A stretch of 57,484 nucleotides of DNA from Chara braunii (lineage: Eukaryota; Plantae; Charophyceae): NCBI GenBank assembly GCA_003427395.1, contig BFEA01000004.1, positions 6,033,099 through 6,090,582 on the forward strand, in the 5' to 3' direction. A program made the translations under genes and the position numbers. This document shows, in pieces, positions 38,401 to 48,944 of the stretch. The notes beneath the pieces are model-generated. The model had not been told where the DNA came from. It worked only from the letters and a program-made list of their open reading frames with translations, and did no database searches. Position 1 is the first letter of the stretch; each line of letters opens with the position of its first letter.

Positions 38401-39430
38401 GCAGTATGGGGTGAGGACTTGTCATATACAAAACATAATTTCTTAAAACTGTGGAAGATCCTGGTCGCGCCGCCAAACAGTAAACAGGCAAGTATTCTCT
38501 GACTACTCTCCCTTCTAGTGACCCCATCAGTTGTTTGGCTGGTTAGCAAAGGGATGGAGGTTGATCTGGGCTGCACACGGTGCAGAATCGCCCCGCCATG
38601 TATGGTGGGACTGCCCAGCTTCAAAACGAGTATGGAATTGGTCGGCTCATCATTGGAGGGAATTCGGGGGCCAACATGTGCTCTGGGATGAGAGGTGGGT
38701 GCTACTGGGATTTCTCCCCCCATGAGTAATTTTTCATTATTGATCCAAACATGTCAAAAATGGACACATAACGTACCGTAAAACACATATATATCACACA
38801 AAAAGAAAAACTAGAAAAAAGCAAAAAATCAGCACAATATGACAGTTTCAGTGCAATTTGGTGCAAAATTCGTCGAAAATAACACCCCTGGTTAACCGCT
38901 TGTGGATCAGAGGCCTGATATGTGAAGTCATCTGGTTTGACAGTAACAAATCCAGATTCCACAAGAGGCCCTTCTCAGACGTGGAAATCAAGAGACACCT
39001 AAGACAAGGACTGAGACAGGCCATCCGTGTGGACTGGAGAAGGAGAGTCAGATCGGGCAGAGGAAGCTGAAGACAAATTCGCTGGTTTTTACACACATGG
39101 GCTAAGAACCACCAGTTGGCCGCAATCCACTTAGAGAAAGGTCTGGTCCTGTCGAGGTGGCTGATGGACACACCAGGACAACAGGCGAAGCAGAGGGAGG
39201 AACTGGAGCAGAACAAAGAGCTTTTGGGAGCTAGGGAGCCAGGGAGTTAGGGGGTGATGGGTAGCTAGTTGGGTAGGTAGAGTACCAACCAGGGCACTCG
39301 GTTGAATAGGACCGCGGTAGGTCAGTTAGGAGAGGGTCGGTTAGGCTTAGGACCGGTGTGTTTCCCGGTCCTCTGGGCCGAGTTAGTCCCAGAGATAGGC
39401 GTAGGGACATAGTCCACTGAAAGCAGGTGC
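35460..39430 (+). mobile_element. 5'-truncated, decayed L1/Tx1-type LINE (ORF2: RT plus C-terminal Cys/His finger)
   Basis: KSPGVD, NWRPISLLNVSYKILAK, LLLDLEKAYDKV, LRQGCPLAP, LADD, VNWNKS, RFLGI and CTRC..ESPRHVWWDC. Multiple stops and frameshifts. Boundaries are approximate. Confidence 0.92.
36346..36383. other. Nextera mate-pair junction adapter, assembly artefact
   Basis: Exact 38-bp junction. 36156-36345 is duplicated at 36384-36573. Confidence 0.98.
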
Positions 39431-42400
39431 TGAGGGTAAATGAGTCATTCTGATGAAATTGATCAAGTTGTTGAACTTTCCGTTAATTTACTCAATGTTC
39501 ACGTCAATGATTTATTGAGGGACTTCTGAAACAGGAGTACAGGTCGAACAAACAGTTTTTCGTATTGGTAAACCTGCGCAACAGGTTCGAAGGAGTGTTG
39601 TCTAACTAATGAAGGTAGGTAAAGTGATAACATTTTGAAGTATTGCGTTGTTTGGCGCAGGTATCAGGTAGGAAACAGAGTAAGAATTGGGAAGTTGGTA
39701 GAATCGACTTCGAATTGTGAGGTCCCCGACCTCTGCTTGAATGTTTTCAATGGAATTAAGTTTTCATTAAAAAAAAAAAAAAACTCAAGAAGGCCTCTCG
39801 GATGTAAGACCGCTTTTTGAGAGAGCTACACGACACGGCTAGCACGTTGTTGGCCGCCCAGACTCCAGGTGCACTCCAAAAAAATGCTCAACTTTCGAAG
39901 GTCCTGGATGCCTCCCTTGAAATTCCCGCCGCTGCAGGGGGGAGCTCTCGAAACGTCAAGACTGCCACGGGAGAGGAGGTTCTGAGAACTCAAGAAATAC
40001 ATTTTTATGAGTGTGTTTCATGAGGTAGTGGAGCGACGACGGATTCTCGTTATTTTCGTGAGTAGATACTGACAGCTCAAGAACCCGAATTCCAGACCTG
40101 GTGTCTAGAGTAAGTGGAGCGGTGCTGCGCTCAAGAAATGGCCGGGTTCTAGAATAGCGGAGCGAGACCCTAAGGGCATACTCACACAAAGGACCAAAAA
40201 ATTCAAAATTTTGAGGTATTTGGGTAGAGCCTATTTGGAACACGAAGGACCAAAAGTCTCAAAATTTTGAGGCATTTGGGTAGGGCCTATTTGGGACTTT
40301 AGGTCCTAGTGTGACCACACGGGAGGACGAAGTTGTTGCCCTGACACTCCCCCCTATGGGCAAGTGTGCGTAGTCACACGGGTGAGGACCAAAAGAGTAG
40401 ATGAAATTTTTTATTTTTTTTTATACGCCAAAATAACGTAAGAAAGTAGATGGATTTTTATTTTTATTTTCTCACAACGTACATGGGTCTTGCTGCACTA
40501 CTGTCCAAATGTGCAAAATGAGACTAAATCCACCACTAGAACATAGATAGATACATTGCCATATTTTTTTTCGTTTGTGTGGCAAACTGTTTTCTTCGTT
40601 GACGGTTTTTAGCAATAAGGTACGATGAAAAAAAAAAAACTTAAAAGGTCATTTGAGACCACCTGCAAATGATGTCAAAGAGGGTCCTTTTGCGGCCCCA
40701 CATGCCACTGACAGAAGGGTCACCATTTGAGGCGTTTGGGTAGCGGGCCTCTCCAATATGACCCAAAAAATGCCTCAATTTTGGGATTTAAACCACCAGT
40801 ACTTGGCCCATACATGGGCCGCGGGCCTTACCTATTAACGCGTTGTCGGGCGCATCGGTCCGGGCAGCGCGGCCTTGTGTGAGACTAGTGGTGAATCTGT
40901 TTGTGATTGTGAAAAGAGGCCATGCTTTCTATGTTGTCCCATAGGGAGCTGGTAAACGCCTTTAAAGTGAGACAGACCCCTGCGTAGTCCCGCAGTGGGC
41001 CTGTGGTCTGTTTTGCGACGCACCGTTTAGACACTTGTGCTAATCCCAAGGCATAGTGAGGAATACCAAGCTAAACGGTAAAGGTTAGCACCTCTAGGGC
41101 ACAACCCCTATTGGATGGTTGCAAGCCAGCACAACCTGGTTGCGGGCCCACGTCTACCAACGGGGTAAGAGTTTAAGGGGTTATGCACGCCTCAGGGAAA
41201 TTACTCCGGTGGGATGGCGGGGAATAAGAGTCGAGCCTTTGGTCGTCCTGATTGAATGCTTATCGAGAGTAAACCTATCGTTGCCTAACCAACGAAGGAG
41301 CTGCCGTTAATGTAACAATGTGGTAGGCCGTAGATCTGGCTCGATCGACCATACTATGGTGAGTCAGAATGGAGACCTAACATTTTTGTACTAGACTGCA
41401 GAAAAAGTTAAGAGGAGATTTAAATATACATATACATATGCGTCCGATCGTGAGGATTTTCGGGAGGGAGGCGAAAGTGCCTCCTGAGGTCTCATTTAAG
41501 GCCCGCGTCCCTGGGTATGACTCTGCTTACGAGAAAGAGTCTAGCCGGGACACTCAACGAGAGGCCGACGGTTGTCTAGGACAAAGGGGAGAGGACGGTT
41601 TGGGGTGGCCTTTGGGAACTTATGCTGTAGTATCGATGCGTAATACACCGGCGTCCTATTGTCAGGACGGACGGAGACCCAGATTAAAACCCTGGCAGCA
41701 TATAGTTGTGTGGGCATGGATTGTTGGAAGCCTCTAACCTGAGTCTGTCGGCTAATCAGATTGGTTCCTTTCTTGTCAGCATTTGGAGTGCGGACAAATT
41801 TATAGCTTTCTGATTTGGTGAAGCAACGGGGACGTCGCTTAATATGGTCCGGTAAGCTGTCGACGTGAATACCCTTACAAGGGTATCCGCCCTGGGTTTT
41901 GTAATCGACAGAAGATAGTGTTGGCTTAAAGTCTAAGTATACCGCGCTAGGCGCGGCCGCGTCTGTGATTTGCGCTGATTGGTTGGTTGACTAGAGTAAA
42001 GAGTGCGTGGGCGCACAGGTTGGAGGCGCGCGTGATTCCGTTTTTATCGTTGATTATAAAGTCGGCGCGAACGCCGGTCGGTTCGTTTCTATTTGTATCT
42101 TTATTTTTGTTTTTGTTCATTCTTGGTTAGACTAGGATTTAAAGATATTTGTCTGTGGTCGGTATGTTTGACTGAGTTACGCGTGTGCACGGAGAACGAC
42201 CCCGACGACGACATCGGCAACGACGGCGCGACTTCGTGCGGAGAGCGGGGTGTCGTAGGATGGCGCGCGGGGCAATTATGGCACGGTATAAGCAAGCCGA
42301 TGCGGACACTGGGAGTCACGCATTCGGTTTGATTGGCCCAAAGCACCGCGCCACACTGCCTTGTATGGTATTCTGCGGACGTTGGTCTCAGGCTTGGGCA

Positions 42401-42759
42401 GCGGGGATCGAGGCCAGCGGGCGTCGGCGCGGCGGCAGCGGAGCGTCGGCGCGGACTGTTACGACAACGGACTGTTACTGTAGAGGTTCGGGGATCGAGG
42501 CCAGCGGGCGTCGGCGCGGCGGCAGCGGAGCGTCGTGGGGAAAACGGAGGGGCTTGAGGGCCCAACGGGGCTATCCACCCTTGGTTTTGCTAGTGGGCGA
42601 GGCAGCGGGCACGATCCACGGGGAAGGCGAGGTGTTTGTAGCGCCTCTCCCTTTTTCCTGGTTTCGTTTTTTATTATTTACGAGTTTTAATTTTTATACC
42701 CCTCGCTAGTTTTGTTTTAGTTTTCATCCTTTCACTCGCGTCCCGGAGCAGGACGCGAT

Positions 42760-42848
42760 ACCGAGGCTGGTGAAGGGTTGTGTGGGGTGTGTTACATTCC
42801 GAGGATTGCTTGAAGTGCAATTACAAACTGTTTGTGTGGCTGCGCCGC
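42760..42848 (-). mobile_element. One arm of the MULE-type MITE family
   Basis: The reverse complement matches 47842-47915 (CGGCGCAG.CACA.AAA.AGTTT.TAATTGCACTTCA.GCAATCC). Confidence 0.65.
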
Positions 42849-42869
42849 GGTGCCAAGGGCGGGGCAGGC

Positions 42870-42991
42870 CCCAAGAGCTTAGCCCAGTGGGGCACGCCCA
42901 TGAACGGTTAAAGTACAGACCTGTATTCTGGCTTACCCCGGGGCCATTTCATAGGGCCGCGGGGTACTGAGAAGGCGGGGTGGCCCAGCGG
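42870..42991 (+). promoter_or_regulatory. tRNA-like module with Pol III A-box motifs upstream of U6
   Basis: TAGCCCAGTGG 42880-42890 lies in a segment homologous to the SINE head at 12357-12423, with a decayed B box. A second A-box-like TGGCCCAGCGG lies at 42981-42991. Confidence 0.5.
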
Positions 42992-42996
42992 CCTGA

Positions 42997-43106
42997 GTCC
43001 CTCGTGACATCCGTTATGATTGGAACGATACAAAGAAGACTAGCATGGCCCCTGCGCAAGGACGACACGCTTAAATTGGAAAAGGCCCGACGGCGGAGTG
43101 TTTTTT
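42997..43106 (+). ncRNA. U6: U6 snRNA variant or pseudogene, near full length
   Basis: GTCCCT...ACATCCG...ATTGGAACGATACAAAGAAGACTAGCATGGCCCCTGCGCAAGGACGACACGC matches plant U6 as recalled. T6 run at 43101-43106. Confidence 0.92.
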
Positions 43107-45249
43107 CCTCCCCTGACACTCGACCGGCTGTCGGACCGCGCAGCGCTGGAGGGTCGAGTTAACGACAACCCAGGCCGATGGACAGGCCACGGTGGGGCGG
43201 GTAGCGGCCGACAGTGGCGGGGCGTTTGACAGCAGCGGGCCGGTTGGAAAGTGGCGGGCGGAGCAACGGGCAGCGCTAGTCAGGCAGAAAGGGGGGGAGG
43301 AACCTGGCCGGGTTCAGCGCCGGGGTACATTCGAGGAAGGAGGAGTGAAGGACGACGGGCAGAGTGAGGCAGCAACGCAACGCAGGTAAGGTGGCGGAGC
43401 AAACGGGCATAGCGCGGGTATCGTGCCAGCAGCAGAGCAACAGGTGGTAAGGCGATGAAGGAAGGGTTATGAGGAACGGGGAGAAGGCGAATGAACCTGG
43501 ACGGGGTTGGGCGCTAGGTGCATTCGCAGGAAACGAAGATGGCGGGATATGAAGAGGGAGAGAGGTAAAGACTACATATCTCACCCGTTTCTTAGTGAAA
43601 ACGGGTGATTGAAGAAGCGAAACCGGGATTTCGGGGCGTCACGAATTGAATGGCGCGATCGAAATCTGTGGTAAAGTGGTGGATTCGGTGCTACGAGTGT
43701 TATGGGCTGCGTGAAGGTGACGGGTTGCAGATATGGAGGGAGCAGTCAATGCGAAACCCGACTGAGTCTAAACGAAATTTGGCGAGCAAAGACTAGATTC
43801 GGGGGTTTTGAAGGCCGGCGACCCCAAATCTGAGCTCAAAATTAGCAGAAAGTTAGTAAGTTAGAGGTTAGTATGAGACGAGCTGCGCCGGGAGATGGCG
43901 GAAGGAGCAGCGAAGAAGAATGACAAAAGGAAAGAATGAAGTTCTTACTCGACTCATGATAGAGTCGGATGAACTGAAGATCGAAGCTGGTAATTCAAGG
44001 CGGGGCGATCACGGTGATGAGCTCAGAAAGGCGAGTGAGGAAGTGGATAAGAAGTAAGATGGAAAAGGGGGTACGCAGCAGTGAATGAAAGAGAGGAGAA
44101 AGTGGATGAACCTGGCCGACGAATTGCGTCAGGTGCATGCACATTGGAGAACGGGGATGATAGAGTAGTGCGCCAAGGCGCAGGGGAAGGCAGAGGTAGG
44201 GATAGCATGGCTGTCTCTTCGTGGATCGGGGCGGAGAAATATACAGACGGGGGTGACGGCGGGAGTATCCTCTCGGTGACATTCAGACTCGGCGCCTTGG
44301 GTCTCCGTGGGGGGGGAATATCGGTGCATTTATGCTTTTTCAGACTGTCGATTGCTGTTGTAATCTTACATTGGAGTATTGTCCATTCGCTGTTGTTTTC
44401 ACTGCGCTCAGTGCAACACGTCGTTGCGTCTTGCTGAGCTCTGTGGAATGCAGAATAGAGGATTGTGTTTTGGATCCACAACCCATGTTTTGGGCTGTGA
44501 CTATTCCGGGTCGGACTTCAAAGCCCCGCAGGGTGATTGAGCCTAAAAGAGGGGGTCTTGCTAAGGGCGGGAGAGCCGTCGGAGAGTTAGATTGGTGGTA
44601 GTTTGACTGCAGTTTGGCTGGATAAACTGCGTCTTGTTGCGTATCGCTATGCATCGCCGACACTCTGATTAAAGGTGAAAGGGAGGTGACAACTCCCGTA
44701 AGGTGGAGGTAAGTTGTGCCTCTCGTAGGCCCTATCCTGTCGTAGGGGCTTGCGAGAGGTATGGCTGGCGCAGTCGGCCGGAGCGGCCTAAGGAAACTCA
44801 ATTTGTGTGTTCGCAGCAAGGTTGGTCCAACTCCTGCGTGACGCGGCCGAGAGGGTCCCGCGCTGCCGCGTGCGGTGCCGGACCGATGCGCCCGACAACG
44901 CCGCAACTTTCGCGGGGCGGGGAAGGCCCGGTCGTGCAACGGAGAAAGTTGTCGGGCCCAGGAAAAGTTGCGAATGGATTGCAATATGACCTTTTGGATT
45001 TCCGTGCATGTGGAAACATGCACGGACGCTCTGTGCAGTGCCATACAAAAGAAAAAGAAAGAAAACCTGTGAGGGCGAGAAAAGAAAAACGAAAAGTAAC
45101 GTTGGCATGCATCCAGACGCAGTTTTGGCCTGAAGCACATGACATGAGCAATGCTTTGTTTTTTTCCTTTTTTTAGCAAGAGAGATTCCTGGCAGTTTCT
45201 CAGTTGACTCCCCGTGAGAAATGGGAAGCATCCAACTGCCTGCTAGGAA

Positions 45250-45685
45250 AGTAGCGTCTGGGGCACTTTCTTCCCATTTTCGTTTCATTTTTCTTGCAAA
45301 AAAAAAGAAAAAAATGAGCATCTCGGCTATATCCCATGTGACACAAGGGAAACCATTATCCGAAGAATGTATCCTCCCACAGTTGTGGGCAGATACTCAC
45401 GAATCTGAAGGAGTAGTGTAGCCACCATTTGTTCCCCTCTTTTTTTTTCCTTGCAAAAAAAAAAAAAAAAAAAAAACCCTTACGTTTGGGGCACTTTCCC
45501 ATTTTTGTTTTTTTTTCTTGCAGAAAAAAGGGAAAAAAAAACAAGATTCTCGGTGGCATCCCATGTGACACAAGGGAAACCACTATCCCGAGAATGCACC
45601 ATCCCTCATTTTCGGCCAGATACTAATGAATCTGAGGGCATTAGCGTAGCCAAGTTCTTTCCCTTTTTTTTTTTTTTTTTTTAGT
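45250..45685. repeat. Subterminal ~230-bp direct duplication within the TTAA element
   Basis: TCCCATGTGACACAAGGGAAACCA at ~45332 and ~45559, with aligned flanks. Confidence 0.8.
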
Positions 45686-46440
45686 AGTACAAAAGAAGCC
45701 TCGACTACGGGCCTTGCTCCACTACTTTCGACATGTGCATAACAAGAGTGAATCCGAGTCTTCCGCTTGAACATGGAAATATACACCGCCATGATTTTTG
45801 TCTTTTGTGTATGTTGCGAGTAGAGAGGCCCTGTACCCCATGACTGCTGTTTTTCATTTTCGTTTTCGTTTTTGTTATAACTAAAAAGAAAAAAAAAGAA
45901 TCTCGATAGTAGCCGATTGACTCCCCGTGAGAAACGGGAGCATTGAAGTTCTGCCAGCGTTGCAATGTCAGGCGACTCGGACAATCTTAAGTTTGGGTTT
46001 TCCAGAATGTATCCGACTTCACTTCAGGACAGGTTTGGGCGCTACAGAGTGAAAACAAATGATATATAGCCCGTTTCAGTCCTCCTGCTAGCAGTTGGTC
46101 CATAATAAGGGGCGGTACCAGTGTCCCAAATCGATTCCCACCCCCCACAGGCTCGAAAAAAAACGGCGCAGGTTCATTTTAGGCTCGGCATCAATACTTG
46201 AGTTAAATACTGGTGGTTTAAGGTCATTAGGTCCCTAAGGTCTGTATTAAAACTGTTCAAGGGTCTACCAACTGAGCTAGCCCCTGACGTTAATGTTTTT
46301 TTTTTCTATCTGTTATGAACTTCGTATTTGGATTGTCTCTCTGACAACCTTTTTTTTTTTTTTTTTTTTTTTTTNNNNNNNNNNNNNNNNNNNNNNNNNN
46401 NNNNNNNNNNNNNNNNNNNNNNNNNNNNNNNNNNNNNNNN

Positions 46441-46474
<34 letters not shown>

Positions 46475-46808
46475 GCACTTTCCCATGGGTACTGGCCCTG
46501 AGTTAGGGCATGGACACGCTACTCACGAAATGTGAAAGGACAAAACCTATATCGGGTGCATCTTTCGGTATATTTGGGAAAGATTAATGTTTTATTTTGC
46601 ACATTCCCGGAGCAGTGAGGCTAAGCCTTTATTTTTCCCAAAAGGCTTCTCCATCGGGGAGAATGGGGGTGAGGTCCCATTTGCATTGATTGTAAAAAAC
46701 TTTGTAGATAAACAAGATTCATAAGCAGTGTCTCCGTGAAACTGGGCACTCCTCAGGGAGCGTGGTCCCACCTTCGAGTTGAATGTGTAGTGATCGTGCA
46801 AATCTTAA

Positions 46809-47235
46809 AACGCCACTTCCCCCGCCACAAAAACAATTGGAGGACCGGTAGCCCAAGTTAATGAGGGTTACCGGTACTATAGTGTGAAGAACCGGTAGAG
46901 TGGCCCACAGTGGCAAAGTGGCAAGAACGGAGTACTTTTCCGTTCATCCCCAGATGGCAAAGTGGCAAGAACGAAAAATGCACCGAATCGGCGCAACGAG
47001 TATTTCACCACTTAAAATATTTTTATTTCATTTTTTAATATTTTTTCCGAAATGATCACCAACCAAATCTATCGGATCTCAAAATTTTAGATTTTTTTGT
47101 TTATTCTTTTGAGCGTGTAAAATCATCAAATTTTACTTTTTTTTTTTTTTTTTCTACCGACCTCCGCTTATTCCAAGCTACCAGCCTCCGACAGTCCCGG
47201 AAAGCCAATTTTTTTACGTTGAGGGAAGCGGCGGT
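46809..47235. mobile_element. TTAA-flanked MITE (related TIR)
   Basis: TTAA-AACGCCACTTCCC ... GGGAAGCGGCGGT-TTAA. Confidence 0.65.
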
Positions 47236-47831
47236 TTAATCTTGTGTGGTATGATCAACTATCGGTCCATTATATCAGACATATTTTAGGGGCAAACCCT
47301 GTTGTCGTAAAGATATCACGAAATGTAAAGAAATATCATCTCTCTTTCATCTCTTTCTCTCTTTATCTTTTTCATTTTTCTTCTTTATTTCATTAGTTCT
47401 TTATTTTTTTTCTTCCAAATGTATGAGACTAATTATCCTTACATGAGAACAACAACTATTGATTTTTCTTTGGTATCAAATTTCAAAGGTGTTTGGCCAA
47501 ATTACTACTAAGGTGGCTTTTTTGTTTGTAGTCGTTGATCCTTGCAATTAATATACAGTTAAAAACCAATAGTTTAGGTCGTGGGGCAACAAACCCTAGT
47601 ATAGGATAATGAAATAATGAGATGTTGCACATTGAAAAAAATTGTAATATTGTAGGTAATTGGGTTTGAGGAATTTATTGAAGTAGGGAGGAAAAATAAA
47701 TAAATAAATAAGGACTTGTTTTCCTTGTATGTGGTTAGCAATATGTTTATATTTGTTGCATGGTGTTTCATGTTCTGTAATATTTTTTTATAATAAAACT
47801 TTTAGACAAATTGTAGCAGATTATTATTTAT

Positions 47832-48015
47832 GGGGTAACTTCGGCGCAGTCACAAAAATAGTTTATAATTGCACTTCACGCAATCCCGTGAATACAACAC
47901 ACCCCCACGCGACCCCACCGGACCCGAAACGTAGGTCATATACATTCAGCATTACCGGCCCTCTTGCCTGAAGTGCAATTACAAACTCAATCCCTGACTG
48001 CGCCGTAGTTTTCTC
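47832..48015. mobile_element. MULE-type MITE with 9-bp TSD
   Basis: Long TIRs. ATTATTTAT at 47823-47831 and 48016-48024. Confidence 0.85.
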
Positions 48016-48351
48016 ATTATTTATTGTTTGTTATCATTCATATATGGTTAAAAAATAAAAAGTTAGGTAACGTCCCTTTGGTATTGCATGTGAGAGGAAA
48101 ACACTACACATTGGGATGAGATGATAAAATATATTGGAGTAATCAAAGATAGAAAGGTAAAAAATAATGAAAAAGGGGGGAAAAAAAATGGTAAAGGAAG
48201 AAAAATGAAAACGAAGTTAGCAATAATAAATGATGGAAAAATCAAAGAAACTTAGATAGAGGAAAACGGTGGAAAAAAATAAAAGATGTATCATTTTGTA
48301 TAATACACATACGAAAAAAGAAATCCTAAATCGAACTTATGTGGTTGCATT

Positions 48352-48944
48352 ATATACATATGTAATGATGCACCCCATTTGGGAGACACAATAGTACAGA
48401 GACCCATTCTATTATATAATAACGGAAATAAGGGGAGATTAATAAGTTGTAAAAAACGTTGGTTTGTGTCTCAAAGGTAGAAAAGTCATCGTGAGTTTTT
48501 TAAGTTTGTGATATTATAATATGTTTCCGTTAAATAATAGTGTTACTTTGTATCATGCTTGCATATCCTCAACAACCAATGACTAAGGGCGATCGACTAT
48601 AAGTGTAAGGGCATCCAATAAAGTTGAATGAACACAAAAAATACATAATATACATATGTAATGATGCACCCCATTTGGGAGACACAATAGTGTAGAGACC
48701 CACTGTATTATATAATAAAGGAAATAAGAGAGATTAATAAGTTGTAAAAAACGATGGTTTGTGTCTCAAAGGTAAAAAAGTCATCGTGAGTTCTTTAAGT
48801 TTGTGACATTATAATATGTTTCCGTTAAATAATCGTGTTACTTTGTGTCATGCTTGCATACCTTCAACAACCAATGACTAAAGGGGATCGACTATAAGCG
48901 TAAGGGCATCCAATAAAGTTGAATCAACACAAAAAATGCATAAT
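48352..48944. repeat. Tandem duplication of a ~296-bp AT-rich unit
   Basis: ATATACATATGTAATGATGCACCCC at 48352 and 48648, colinear thereafter. Confidence 0.92.

Larger units (their letters stand above)
40792..46217. mobile_element. 5.4-kb non-autonomous TTAA-flanked DNA transposon (Kolobok/piggyBac-like target site) carrying ncRNA cargo
   Basis: TTAA at 40788-40791 and 46218-46221; TIR ACCACCAGTA. Both subterminal regions align with the two ends of the 211-bp MITE at 22952-23162. No transposase ORF. Confidence 0.8.

Noticed and set aside
41343-41378. 5S rRNA fragment (CGACCATAC...GGAGACC)
   Set aside because: Matches are too short and wrongly spaced.
42860-42900. 7SL/SRP Alu-domain similarity (AGAGCTT..CCCAGTGGGGCA)
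   Set aside because: Better explained by homology to the tRNA-like head at 12357-12423. No SRP S-domain is present.
44768-44845. tRNA gene
   Set aside because: A/B-box-like words are present, but no cloverleaf can be built; it folds as local hairpins.
44023-45179. Minus-strand ORFs as the element's transposase
   Set aside because: No DDE, THAP or other recognisable motif; they overlap structured and subterminal sequence.
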